From positions 1 through 52,724 of the IMG/VR virus record IMGVR_UViG_3300013800_000015: DNA of 52,724 nucleotides, one strand, 5' to 3'. The notes under the pieces are model-generated. The model ran no database searches. It saw nothing but the letters and a program-made list of their open reading frames with translations, and had not been told where the DNA came from. Shown here in pieces: positions 34,487-43,329 of this stretch. The position numbers and the translations under genes were made by a program. How positions within the stretch are numbered: position 1 is the first letter of the stretch; every line of letters begins with the position of its first letter. Source of the DNA: a virus.

Positions 34487-35278
34487 TTAGTCACTAACGA
34501 CCTTACCACCATTCTTAACAAACGCTGCGCGATCCCGCTGGGATAGTGCCATAAAGGCAGAATGTTTAATGGTGTTCTTGTCGCCTTTGTTTTCGGTATT
34601 CCCACCTGATCCGCCGCCACTATTCCCGGCAAGGTACCAAGTAGGATTCTCTTTAATCGTTTCTTTGTTGCTTAACCATTCCTTAAGGGAATAGGGGGTT
34701 TTACCGTCTGCACCAAGAACCACTTCATTATCCTTGTACTGGCGCGCTATGCCGTCTTCGTCTAGCCGCCATCCGTCTTGCATTGCAATCAGGAAAGCGT
34801 ATTTCGTAGCCGTAGCGTGCATCCCTACTTCCTTGTCCGAAGCGGCTTCCATTAGTTGCCCCTTCAGCACTTGCATTTCGTGTTTCTTTGCACGTTCCTC
34901 AGCTTTTTGGGCTTTGGCCTCTGCTTCGGTCTTGGCTGATTCCAAGGCTGATTTCTGCTTTTCGATGCGACGATTTACTACTTCGTCCATTTTTCCCGCA
35001 GCGATCAATTGCGCCTCTTCGTCGTTCTCGAACTTAGCGAGTAGTTGCTTAGTCTTTTCAGGATCAATACCTGCAAACTTCGCAAGCTCCCCTTCTTTTG
35101 CCTTAAGCTTTCCAAGCAGCTCTTTGTTTTTGGTGTCCAGGCCGGTTGTCGCAGCCGAAACAGCCGAAGCTACCGCAGCATCAATTTGAGCTTGAACTTC
35201 GGGTGTAATCGTACCTCCACCCCCGCCACCTTCCCCGCCTTCAGCGGCCATCACTACGTGCATTCTTTTATTAAACAT
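34487..35278 (-). CDS. Scaffolding protein.
   Basis: 263 aa. Gly-rich N-terminus, long charged coiled-coil (KAKEGELAKF...EAEAKAQKAEERAKKHE). Directly upstream of the coat gene. Confidence 0.65.
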   Translation of the reverse strand: MFNKRMHVVMAAEGGEGGGGGGTITPEVQAQIDAAVASAVSAATTGLDTKNKELLGKLKAKEGELAKFAGIDPEKTKQLLAKFENDEEAQLIAAGKMDEVVNRRIEKQKSALESAKTEAEAKAQKAEERAKKHEMQVLKGQLMEAASDKEVGMHATATKYAFLIAMQDGWRLDEDGIARQYKDNEVVLGADGKTPYSLKEWLSNKETIKENPTWYLAGNSGGGSGGNTENKGDKNTIKHSAFMALSQRDRAAFVKNGGKVVSD

Positions 35279-35338
35279 TTGTTGTCGATCCCTTTAGGAG
35301 TGGCGTAACCACGTTGACGAAAATATTGTCGAAATAAC

Positions 35339-35366
35339 TTGACTTCTATGCTATATGGCGTAAAAT
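35339..35366 (+). promoter_or_regulatory. Orphan copy (5) of the conserved early promoter, pointing antisense into the head-morphogenesis genes.
   Basis: TTGACT (35339-35344), 16-nt spacer tctatgctatatggcg, TAAAAT (35361-35366). No RBS or ORF follows on the plus strand. Confidence 0.6.
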
Positions 35367-35402
35367 TAATAAAATCGACAAACTTTAAGCTCACCTTATA
35401 CG

Positions 35403-36455
35403 CTAATTGTATTTCTGTTGCAACTCTTTAAGTGTAAGCTCCCGGCCTTGGCCGTCTAGTAATTGATTAAGACTGATTTTCCCTTCCCGGAACAAGTCCG
35501 CTCTTCCCTTGCCCAACATTTCATCTTGTTGCGTTTTTGACACACGCTGAAGGTATTCGTCAAAGGTTGTGTCCGCTGATATTGGCCCAAGGGATGAGGC
35601 GCGTTCCCCTGGCGGTAGCTTCGGCAAGTCTAATCCCAATTGCTTGAACGTTTTAGTGACCGGCAGCAGTACACATCGATCATTGAAGTGAATCGGCGGT
35701 AACTGGAATGGTACGCTGTGCCCAATGGGTGTATTACCTTTGTCGTTTTTCCATTCCCTGCCGGACAACGCCATGCACTGCTGGCAAACTTTTGAATCCA
35801 TAGCGGAAAACCAAGAAAAAGCCTGAATCACATCGCTGTTTTGTTCGTACACCGCTTGCCTTGCGTTGTTCGCTACTGTTTGAACCGCAGTATGTACCAG
35901 CGCATTGGCGTTGTTTCTTGTTATGTCCAGCAATCCCGGCTGTGTTCGCGTGCCGATTATTCTTCGCACAATTTGCTGATTATTTTCCCCCAGCACCATG
36001 CCTTGCCTAATTGCGGAAGAAAACTTGAAGATTGTGTCAGATTCTTGCTTTGCCCACCAATCTGCAAGCGGCCCCCCGTTGATGAGCGTATTGGCCGTAA
36101 TACCTGAGATTACCGCAGCTGTTGGCAATGCCGCGTTGTACCCGATAAATACTTCATTAATATTCGCCGCCGCCGTCTTGATTTGTAGTCTGGTGACCCC
36201 GTCCAAGGTTTTCGCCGCCACGTCTTGCATTTGGGCAAATGCATCAGACACCGGCTCCGAGATTGAGGTAAGCAACGCGGAGAGCTTGCGCTTATTGAAT
36301 GTGGCTATCTCATCACCAGACAATCGGGCAAGCACCCCCTTCTCGATCTGCTTGACAATCTTCTCAATCTTCTTGCGCTCACTGGCTTCAAGTCTGCGCA
36401 GATCGACCTGGAAGCGGATGATCTTATCTAAGAGTTTTGGGTTAATTTCTGACAT
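35403..36455 (-). CDS. MuF / SPP1 gp7-like head morphogenesis protein.
   Basis: WFSAMDSKVCQQCMALSGREW is the Phage_Mu_F hallmark. 350 aa. Confidence 0.8.
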   Translation of the reverse strand: MSEINPKLLDKIIRFQVDLRRLEASERKKIEKIVKQIEKGVLARLSGDEIATFNKRKLSALLTSISEPVSDAFAQMQDVAAKTLDGVTRLQIKTAAANINEVFIGYNAALPTAAVISGITANTLINGGPLADWWAKQESDTIFKFSSAIRQGMVLGENNQQIVRRIIGTRTQPGLLDITRNNANALVHTAVQTVANNARQAVYEQNSDVIQAFSWFSAMDSKVCQQCMALSGREWKNDKGNTPIGHSVPFQLPPIHFNDRCVLLPVTKTFKQLGLDLPKLPPGERASSLGPISADTTFDEYLQRVSKTQQDEMLGKGRADLFREGKISLNQLLDGQGRELTLKELQQKYN

Positions 36456-36922
36456 TATGCGGAGACGTGCTGTGCCGCAACCGGTATCTGGAAAGTATGA
36501 ACCCGGCCCCCGGTTGCCGCGTCAAACTTCATAACACGTTGCACTGCCTCTTCGGCAGTTAGTCCCATGTCCATAAAGGCAATCGCAAAATCACGGCCAC
36601 TCCCTAACGCAAATGGCGGACATCCCTGCCTGTAGGGTGACCGCCAGATTCTAAACTGTCCCCCACTTTCTTCTACCGAAGATTTGAACAGCTTCCCATT
36701 CGCCTCCACCACAATCGCACTAACCTCCATATCTTTCACTGTTGGGCTTCTTGCCACATATGCATTGCAAAAATCCTCACTAAATTCTGTTGCGCCTGCG
36801 ACAAAGAAGTGAGTATCTGCGATAACAATATGCTTGTCATAGTCATCATCTACAATTAGATTACTCGCCGTCATTCGGCTGTCCCACGCAATAACCCCAT
36901 CTTTGTATGCGATTGTTGTCAT
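36455..36922 (-). CDS. HslV/proteasome-beta-like Ntn hydrolase.
   Basis: MTTIAYKDGVIAWDSRMT...FFVAGATEF aligns with HslV [22 protein letters not shown]...VIAGFAGG. ALGSGRDFAIAF aligns with AIGSGGPYAQAA. 155 aa. Confidence 0.65.
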   Translation of the reverse strand: MTTIAYKDGVIAWDSRMTASNLIVDDDYDKHIVIADTHFFVAGATEFSEDFCNAYVARSPTVKDMEVSAIVVEANGKLFKSSVEESGGQFRIWRSPYRQGCPPFALGSGRDFAIAFMDMGLTAEEAVQRVMKFDAATGGRVHTFQIPVAAQHVSA

Positions 36923-36924
36923 CC

Positions 36925-37125
36925 TTAATCCTTACCATCGTCAATCATTTCTTGTGTTTGAATAAACAGGTGACCTTGCAGCAGCGCAACTATCAGTCCT
37001 TTTGGCAAGTCATCATCCTTTGCCTTATCAATCGCTTCCGCTATTCCCCGATCCATCTTGGCCGCTGCTTTCTCCATTTCCGCTATCTGGTTGTCCTGAA
37101 ACTGTACCCGTATCACTTCCCCCAT
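36925..37125 (-). CDS. Small helical protein whose 5' part overlaps the portal 3' end out of frame.
   Basis: ATG 37125 is preceded by aggggga. 66 aa (MGEVIRVQFQDNQIAEMEKAAAKMDRGIAEAIDKAKDDD...). Its stop is 2 nt before the HslV-like start. Confidence 0.45.
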   Translation of the reverse strand: MGEVIRVQFQDNQIAEMEKAAAKMDRGIAEAIDKAKDDDLPKGLIVALLQGHLFIQTQEMIDDGKD

Positions 37126-38539
37126 TGCTGCTTCCCCCTGTCGGTAAAGTTCCCATTCCCGGCGTACCTTCTTCAATCATTCCCTTTTCGTCTTCCTCTT
37201 TCGTACCTGGCGGATACATCCCAGCACGATCCAGGTTATAAAACAGCGTTTTCCAGCTCATGCCGCCCTGGATATACATCGTCATCCAAGAAGTAAGCAA
37301 AGCGGAATCAACGTTTGGCGGCATGAATTCTTTGTTGAATTCGACCTTCGTTTCTTCCTCGTCTTCCTGCCCAAGCCACCAAGCCATCCAGCGCAAAGGA
37401 TTGGTCATACCTTCCGACAGCGTTGTGGACATATCCACCAACACCGATTCGTCCCCTGCCTGTTTTCGCTTCCATGCCTCCCCGGATTCCACCCCAGCGT
37501 TTCTTGGTTCAAGCATCCGTGCACCCAGCACCCCCATTTGAAATTCTTTCTTCTCGATGTTTTTTAGCAGCGCATCAAAGCTGCTTTGAACTTCCACAAA
37601 TTCGGCCTTGGTCTGTGGGTTTGGATATACGTTCGCCTTCGATCCGCCCAAGTACACGGTATTCGCACCGTTCTCTCCGCCAGCATCACCATAGATGAAC
37701 AACGTAGGCAATCCCGACAAGAAGCAGCCGCGCTCATATGATGAACTCTGCTCGTAGTGGTGATAGTTCATTGTGATAAGGTCCATCAGCGGTGGTATTT
37801 CTGGCTTGCATTCCAAGGAATCTACACCAATCGGCTGGAACGGGATGAATGGAATGGGCTGTATGTTTCGTTTTGGGTATCTTGGCCAACCTTCCACCAG
37901 AGTTTCTTTTCCTGATGCAGTATTGGCTTGGTACAGGTACTGAACATACTGCTTTTCTTCCAGCTTCAATACTTTGTGCAGTTCCTCTGCTTCCTTCAAT
38001 TCAACCTCGGGATACTTTGCCGGGTCTTCTCGCAACCGTACAAGGGATAACTGCCGCTTTCCGCCCGTGCTTGTGTACTCCCAGTCTAAGATATTCTCGG
38101 TTGCATACATACACAAGTACGGCCTTGCGCCCACATTCTGCGCGTCCGCTACCGTCGCACCTTCGGCCACCGGCGTATAGTCAACCAGCACACCAACTCG
38201 TCCAACGATCAAATCATCCAGCGCTACTTTTTGTGCAAAGGAAGTAAACGACGTTCCAGCGTTATCAATGTCCGTCAGCAGCGGTTCTATGCTGTACGGT
38301 ACCTCAATGTCCGGCGGTCTGCGGAATATCATCCCTCGCAGGGCAATAATCGTTCTCCACGTTGCACCGAACCAGGGAGTCATTTTAAGACGCAAGTTGT
38401 ATGCGTCATCGGCTTCCATGTTTAGCCGTGGTAGGTGCTCCTCTCGCGCAGCGTGAACCTCATATTCCCCATCAGCAGCGTCTCGCGCATCCTTCCACCG
38501 TTGTTGCATCTTTTCATATTGCGGATGTAAAAAACTCAC
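37028..38539 (-). CDS. Portal protein.
   Basis: 503 aa, immediately after TerL. Gly/Ser/Asp low-complexity C-terminal tail. Confidence 0.75.
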   Translation of the reverse strand: MSFLHPQYEKMQQRWKDARDAADGEYEVHAAREEHLPRLNMEADDAYNLRLKMTPWFGATWRTIIALRGMIFRRPPDIEVPYSIEPLLTDIDNAGTSFTSFAQKVALDDLIVGRVGVLVDYTPVAEGATVADAQNVGARPYLCMYATENILDWEYTSTGGKRQLSLVRLREDPAKYPEVELKEAEELHKVLKLEEKQYVQYLYQANTASGKETLVEGWPRYPKRNIQPIPFIPFQPIGVDSLECKPEIPPLMDLITMNYHHYEQSSSYERGCFLSGLPTLFIYGDAGGENGANTVYLGGSKANVYPNPQTKAEFVEVQSSFDALLKNIEKKEFQMGVLGARMLEPRNAGVESGEAWKRKQAGDESVLVDMSTTLSEGMTNPLRWMAWWLGQEDEEETKVEFNKEFMPPNVDSALLTSWMTMYIQGGMSWKTLFYNLDRAGMYPPGTKEEDEKGMIEEGTPGMGTLPTGGSSNGGSDTGTVSGQPDSGNGESSGQDGSGNSGSD

Positions 38540-39822
38540 AGGCCACCTCCCACGCTGACTTTTCTTAAAGATTGGATTATAGGCATTTCGTAGGCTACCG
38601 GGTAACCAAATGCGTCATTTTGGTGATCATGCCCGCTCTTTTTATCCGGCTCACCGTTGGTATCGTACGCTTGTTTTTCCAGACAACCAGCAGAAGTAGG
38701 ACATTCTGCCGCATTCACAAACAATTTTCCTTTTGCAAAGGCAGTATTGACTGCGTTCACGCGATCCTTAACATAGGGATTCGTTGCGTGCGACCTGACC
38801 TCGAACCCGGCCAAGCGTAACTGATGCAAATCAGTTATCGAGGCATTACCAGAATCCCGGCTCCCGCCGCTGGCATCCGGGTACACAATCCGTCTAAATA
38901 TTTTCGCCGGGTAACGCTCATTTAACACCCGGATCATGTCAGGCGTATCAAACAGTTCCTTCAGCTCCGCTACCTGGTGCCACGCTTCCCCGCGCTCAAC
39001 GAATATACATGCCGCCATCTTCTGCACGTTAAAGTCCATGCCGATAATCAGCTTCTCGCCGGTAGGGCGTATCGTTTCTGTGCTGTTGTGCGTTGTTCGA
39101 TTGTAGTATCGATAAACGGTGCCGGACTTCAGGTTAACAAACTGACCGTTAACATAGGCTAGGACAAGCTCAGGTGTGTATGCTTCCAGCAGCGAGGGAA
39201 TATAATCATCAGGAAGGTTGGCGGCGTTGTCGTAAGTACTGGCCTGAATTAGGCCGTAGCTTTTGCCCAAGGATGGTGTCTTCAGTACATCCTCAACGAA
39301 TAGTTTGTGTGTGGCTAGGAATCCTTCGGGGGTTGTGGTTACGTCGATTCCGTTCTTAAGCTCTGGCAGATTGTATCGCATCCGGGCAATGATCTTGCGC
39401 CACGATAAAATGGCGTTTTCCAGTTTCATTGTGTCAAACTCATCAATCATCGCATGTCCAATCTTGAACCCGATGATCGAGCTTGGCTTATCTAGTGACC
39501 GGCATATAGTCGTGGCTCGATATGCCCCGCCGCTGTAGTAGTGAACTTCATGGTCGGATGTTTTAATCTGCACAGAAAAGCCGAACAGGTGCGCAACCTC
39601 TTCAATCGTTGGGTAAAAAATATCCCGTATTTGTGGATAAGTTGGGGCAAAATATCCCGAATTAACTCTTGGGAACCGTGCATGATGGATGCATAGCGCC
39701 ATGCCGCCCGCGAAAGTTTTCCCAGATCCGAACCCCGCGATGTATGCCCTAAACTTCTGGGGCATGGCCAGGAATTTAGCTTGCGGTACTATCGGTCGGA
39801 CTGTCAGGCTTGCTTGCGTCAT
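38536..39822 (-). CDS. terL: Terminase large subunit.
   Basis: Walker A-like YIAGFGSGKTFAG. About 430 aa. It follows a small HTH protein and precedes the portal gene. Confidence 0.8.
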   Translation of the reverse strand: MTQASLTVRPIVPQAKFLAMPQKFRAYIAGFGSGKTFAGGMALCIHHARFPRVNSGYFAPTYPQIRDIFYPTIEEVAHLFGFSVQIKTSDHEVHYYSGGAYRATTICRSLDKPSSIIGFKIGHAMIDEFDTMKLENAILSWRKIIARMRYNLPELKNGIDVTTTPEGFLATHKLFVEDVLKTPSLGKSYGLIQASTYDNAANLPDDYIPSLLEAYTPELVLAYVNGQFVNLKSGTVYRYYNRTTHNSTETIRPTGEKLIIGMDFNVQKMAACIFVERGEAWHQVAELKELFDTPDMIRVLNERYPAKIFRRIVYPDASGGSRDSGNASITDLHQLRLAGFEVRSHATNPYVKDRVNAVNTAFAKGKLFVNAAECPTSAGCLEKQAYDTNGEPDKKSGHDHQNDAFGYPVAYEMPIIQSLRKVSVGGGL

Positions 39823-40192
39823 ATGGCATAAGGGTGATGTTTATCGGTTGCGCAACTTTGTCTTCTTCCTCTTCGGGGAACTTGTCGCGTTGCCCAAGGT
39901 ACTGCTTCCCTAGCCAGATTTGCATTGCTGGGTTTCCGGCTTCCGCGCTTTTCCATTGCATCCGGCGCAAAGATACCTTTCCTGTGGCCCTCTTCTGTTC
40001 GTATACTCCCTTGAATCCTTTGCCAAATTTCTTCTTGCACCAGGCCGTCAGTGTTTTGTCATCAACCCCCAACACGTCACATATTTCTGCTTGGGTACAT
40101 TGCACCTTACATAGCGCATTGAATACGTTCTCATCAATAACCGATTCCGGCTTGTATTTCGACTTTTGTTTTTCACCTTTGGATATTGGCAT
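39776..40192 (-). CDS. terS: Terminase small subunit (HTH).
   Basis: 138 aa. CTQAEICDVLGVDDKTLTAWCKK is an HTH. Directly upstream of TerL. Confidence 0.6.
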   Translation of the reverse strand: MPISKGEKQKSKYKPESVIDENVFNALCKVQCTQAEICDVLGVDDKTLTAWCKKKFGKGFKGVYEQKRATGKVSLRRMQWKSAEAGNPAMQIWLGKQYLGQRDKFPEEEEDKVAQPINITLMPYDASKPDSPTDSTAS

Positions 40193-40201
40193 ATAACCTA
40201 C

Positions 40202-41482
40202 CTATTTTATTACTGTTTCATCGGAAATACTTGCACCAACTATCGCGTCAAACTCTTCCCCGGTTCGTTCGAGTATCGCTTTCTTGCCTGTGAAGTCTTG
40301 CCAGCGTTTTATGGCCACATCAACATATTGCGGCGAAATCTCCATCGCGTAGCAGCGTCGGCGTGTCTGCTCACTAGCTATAAGTGTGGTGCCGCTTCCA
40401 GAGAACGGCTCATAGAGCAATTCATTTCGCTTGCTGCTGTTTTCTATCAACCGGACGACTAACGGAATGGGTTTCATTGTTGGGTGAATATCTGACTTTT
40501 GCGGCCTTGCGAACTCAAGGATCGATGTTTGAAAGTCCCCATAAAATTTGTGCCCTGCTCCGGGCTTCCATGCATATAACACAGGCTCATGCTTGTAGGC
40601 ATAATCCGTGCGTCCAAGTACATGATTGTTTTTCAGCCATATCAGTTCATGGCGCGGCTCAATGCCTGCTCCTTCCATCATCATCATCATCATCATCATC
40701 ATCTGATCGCCGCCTTGCGGCATGAAGCAATAAACCACAGCGCCAGGACTCATGGCGTTGGCCATCTCACGAAAGGCTGACTCCCACATGGCTTGTATGT
40801 CTTCCTTACTCAGGTGGTCGTTGGCAATGGCCGTCTGATTGTGGTTCCCCTTATCAATGTCATTGAGGAAGCTGTTTTTGTCTGCATAGCTCACACCATA
40901 GGGTGGATCAGTTACAACAAGCGCAGCCATTTCCCCTGCCATCAACCGTCCAACACTTTCTTTATCCGTCGAGTCCCCACACATCAAACGATGTTCGCCC
41001 AACAACCAAACATCCCCCAATTTTGTCACCGGGTTCTCAGGAACCTCTGGCACTTCGTCCGGATCGGTGTTTCCTTCTGTTCCTGTGCTCTTGTCAAGAA
41101 GCTCATCCAGCTCCTCGTCACTGAAACCCAGCAACCCAATATCGAAATCTGCCTCTGTTAGGGCTTCAAGCTCCAAGGACAAAAGCTCATTGTCCCATTC
41201 CGCCAGCTCGTTTAGTCGATTATCCGCGATCCTATACGCTTTCTTCTGTGCTTCTGTTAGCCCTTCCGCGATATGCACAGGGACAACACTCAACCCAATG
41301 CTCTGCGCAGCCTTCAGGCGTGTATGCCCAACAAGAACAACCAGCTCCTCATCGGTGACAATCGGCTGACGGAATCCGAACTCTTTGATTGATGCTGCCA
41401 CGGCGGACACCGCTTGATCGTTATGCCGTGGATTGTTTGCATAGGGAATAATACGGCTAGTCTCTATCTCTTCAACTTTCAT
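40202..41482 (-). CDS. ParB-like nuclease domain fused to a beta-class N4/N6 DNA methyltransferase, with an internal Met9 tract.
   Basis: IIPYANNPRHND (ParB N-terminus). VVTDPPYGVSY (motif IV). EPFSGSGTTLIAS (motif I). Start placed at MKVEEIE (ATG 41482). Confidence 0.85.
   Translation of the reverse strand: MKVEEIETSRIIPYANNPRHNDQAVSAVAASIKEFGFRQPIVTDEELVVLVGHTRLKAAQSIGLSVVPVHIAEGLTEAQKKAYRIADNRLNELAEWDNELLSLELEALTEADFDIGLLGFSDEELDELLDKSTGTEGNTDPDEVPEVPENPVTKLGDVWLLGEHRLMCGDSTDKESVGRLMAGEMAALVVTDPPYGVSYADKNSFLNDIDKGNHNQTAIANDHLSKEDIQAMWESAFREMANAMSPGAVVYCFMPQGGDQMMMMMMMMMEGAGIEPRHELIWLKNNHVLGRTDYAYKHEPVLYAWKPGAGHKFYGDFQTSILEFARPQKSDIHPTMKPIPLVVRLIENSSKRNELLYEPFSGSGTTLIASEQTRRRCYAMEISPQYVDVAIKRWQDFTGKKAILERTGEEFDAIVGASISDETVIK
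40676..40702 (-). repeat. (ATG)9 trinucleotide microsatellite encoding nine consecutive Met.
   Basis: Plus strand is cat x9 at 40676-40702. The protein reads GGDQMMMMMMMMMEGAG. Confidence 0.95.
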
Positions 41483-41609
41483 TGATATCTCGCCCATAAA
41501 AGTCAAAGTCTACCCCACATTGCGATTTTTCGCCAATCGCCCAACAAGGCGGGCGGGTTACTTAAGAAGTAGTGTCTGTGCTTACTAATTTGCCTTCATG
41601 TGCTTAAAT

Positions 41610-41638
41610 ATTATACTTTAAAATCAATAACATCTCAA
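41610..41638 (-). promoter_or_regulatory. Candidate sigma70 promoter for the leftward (late-arm) transcript.
   Basis: The minus strand reads TTGAGA (41633-41638), a 17-nt spacer, then TATAAT (41610-41615). Confidence 0.5.
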
Positions 41639-42080
41639 TCATATAACACCACTAGAAATTTTATGAGCACTCATGTTTGTAAAATTTTTCCCTTTAGAAT
41701 CAAAGACATACCTATTTTAGTGGTACAGATATACTCAAATAATAAATAATAAATAAAATATATAGGAAAGAATAAGCACCCGTGTAATAATACAACATAA
41801 CTACATGGATATTATTAACACTAAAACAGGAAATATCTACGAATAAGAAAAGTGCTCAAAAAAAATAAGCACAGCCCTCAGCCCTCTGATTTACTTACGT
41901 TTCCCATCATTTGGGCGGTAGTGGAAAATGAGTTTTCTGCTTATTTCACTAACAATTTACTTATTTTCGCTAGGCCATACTCAAAATCGTCTTGTATACG
42001 CGGCCTGTTGGAAAATAAACCACATTCAGACAAATTATTGTGATACACTAAACATATAAACCAATTAACCAGGAGATAAA

Positions 42081-42602
42081 ATGACACCAGAACAAAAGCA
42101 ATCAATCCTCGACCTACAACATAACCAATCTGTGCATATCCCTGGTTACTTCAACGTCATCTTGGGCGAGGTTAAAAGCCTAGAAGCAGAAACGTATAAA
42201 CGTTATGATGTTATTACAGAAAATCAGGGTGTACGAATAACCAACAACACCAAACCGCCAAGAGACAACACACCATCCCTACGAAAACAGGTACTAACCG
42301 CCCTGGAAGAATTAACCGAAGCCAACCCCATAACAATTCCGCCCGGTATCCAGGCATCCCAATATGCCTATGCCAACGCCCGTGAACGTGGTCTGCGCTA
42401 CAAAATAACTGCTGGGGGAATCGTAAGCCTTGCACCAAAACAGGAAGAAACAAGCAAAATTGACTTGCTCAAACTCCTACTCAATCTTGAAAAAGAAGAA
42501 ACGATCACGGAACGAGTAACGCAAGCCTACCTACGAAAAGTAGAGGACGTAAGCGGTTATAGTTTTTTATTGAATGATGGTGATATTACTCGGTTGAAAT
42601 AA
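42081..42602 (+). CDS. Hypothetical protein; first gene of the rightward arm.
   Basis: 173-aa ORF. RBS accaggagataaaATG. Confidence 0.6.
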   Translation: MTPEQKQSILDLQHNQSVHIPGYFNVILGEVKSLEAETYKRYDVITENQGVRITNNTKPPRDNTPSLRKQVLTALEELTEANPITIPPGIQASQYAYANARERGLRYKITAGGIVSLAPKQEETSKIDLLKLLLNLEKEETITERVTQAYLRKVEDVSGYSFLLNDGDITRLK

Positions 42603-42605
42603 TAC

Positions 42606-42672
42606 TTGACTTCTGCGCAAATCAAGATATAATGACCAAATCGCAACAAACAATAGAAAAGGAGAAAATAAA
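42606..42672 (+). promoter_or_regulatory. Conserved early promoter plus leader cassette, copy 6.
   Basis: TTGACT (42606-42611), 16-nt spacer, TATAAT (42628-42633), then the leader gaccaaatcgcaacaaacaatagaaaaggagaaaat. Confidence 0.75.
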
Positions 42673-42927
42673 ATGGCAACACCACTAGAATTACAGCCAA
42701 TATCAAAACTTGGTATGGGTAAGTGGGTTATAGCTTACGATAAAGACTGGCATGGGTTTCCTTTAATGCGATTAGGTTATTTTTATGCCAGGGTTATGTT
42801 GAACGACCCCTGGGACGAGTGTGGCAGAAAAGAAGAAATAACTCTACCTGTTCGTGGTTTTATTGGGTATGTAGAAATACATAACCCAAGTTTTGAAGGA
42901 TTTATGCCTTTGCCCAATCTTATATAA
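42673..42927 (+). CDS. Hypothetical protein.
   Basis: 84-aa ORF behind the conserved leader. Confidence 0.6.
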   Translation: MATPLELQPISKLGMGKWVIAYDKDWHGFPLMRLGYFYARVMLNDPWDECGRKEEITLPVRGFIGYVEIHNPSFEGFMPLPNLI

Positions 42928-42942
42928 AATAGGAGAAACACA

Positions 42943-43296
42943 ATGACCAAAGAAAACGAGTTTACCTTGCAAGAACTGGAACTAATCGCAACGCAGATGC
43001 CACTAGTTTCAAAGAATAGCGATATTGTGCAGAAAATAAACGCAAAGATCGAAAGCCTGAGATCAAAAACCATCCGCATTGGTTTGTTTGATGTTCCTGA
43101 GCCGTTGCGTGAGTCTCCTAGGTTATGCGCAATTTTATTTACACCCAACCTAGTGAATACGAGTGGGTACTTGTGTATTACCTGGGATTCGGATGGCACA
43201 GATGACAGAATGCTACAGCGTGGCTTACTGCACACAACAAAAGAAGCAGCAATTATTCACACCAAAGCACTACTATCACTCACAGAAACAAAGTAA
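42943..43296 (+). CDS. Hypothetical protein.
   Basis: 117-aa ORF. RBS ataggagaaacacaATG. Confidence 0.6.
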   Translation: MTKENEFTLQELELIATQMPLVSKNSDIVQKINAKIESLRSKTIRIGLFDVPEPLRESPRLCAILFTPNLVNTSGYLCITWDSDGTDDRMLQRGLLHTTKEAAIIHTKALLSLTETK

Positions 43297-43329
43297 CTAC
43301 CGCCTGGACACAAAAGAAAAGGAGAAACC

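Noticed and set aside
40384-40780. Plus-strand ORFs giving His9 (40589-40780) and Ser9 (40384-40725) across the CAT repeat.
   Set aside because: They are antisense to the intact ParB-methyltransferase, whose motifs flank the repeat in frame. Neither has an RBS or operon context.
41852-42043. 63-aa ORF in the AT-rich divergent region.
   Set aside because: It has no RBS, an odd composition, and overlaps the repeated motifs. It is more likely non-coding control sequence.
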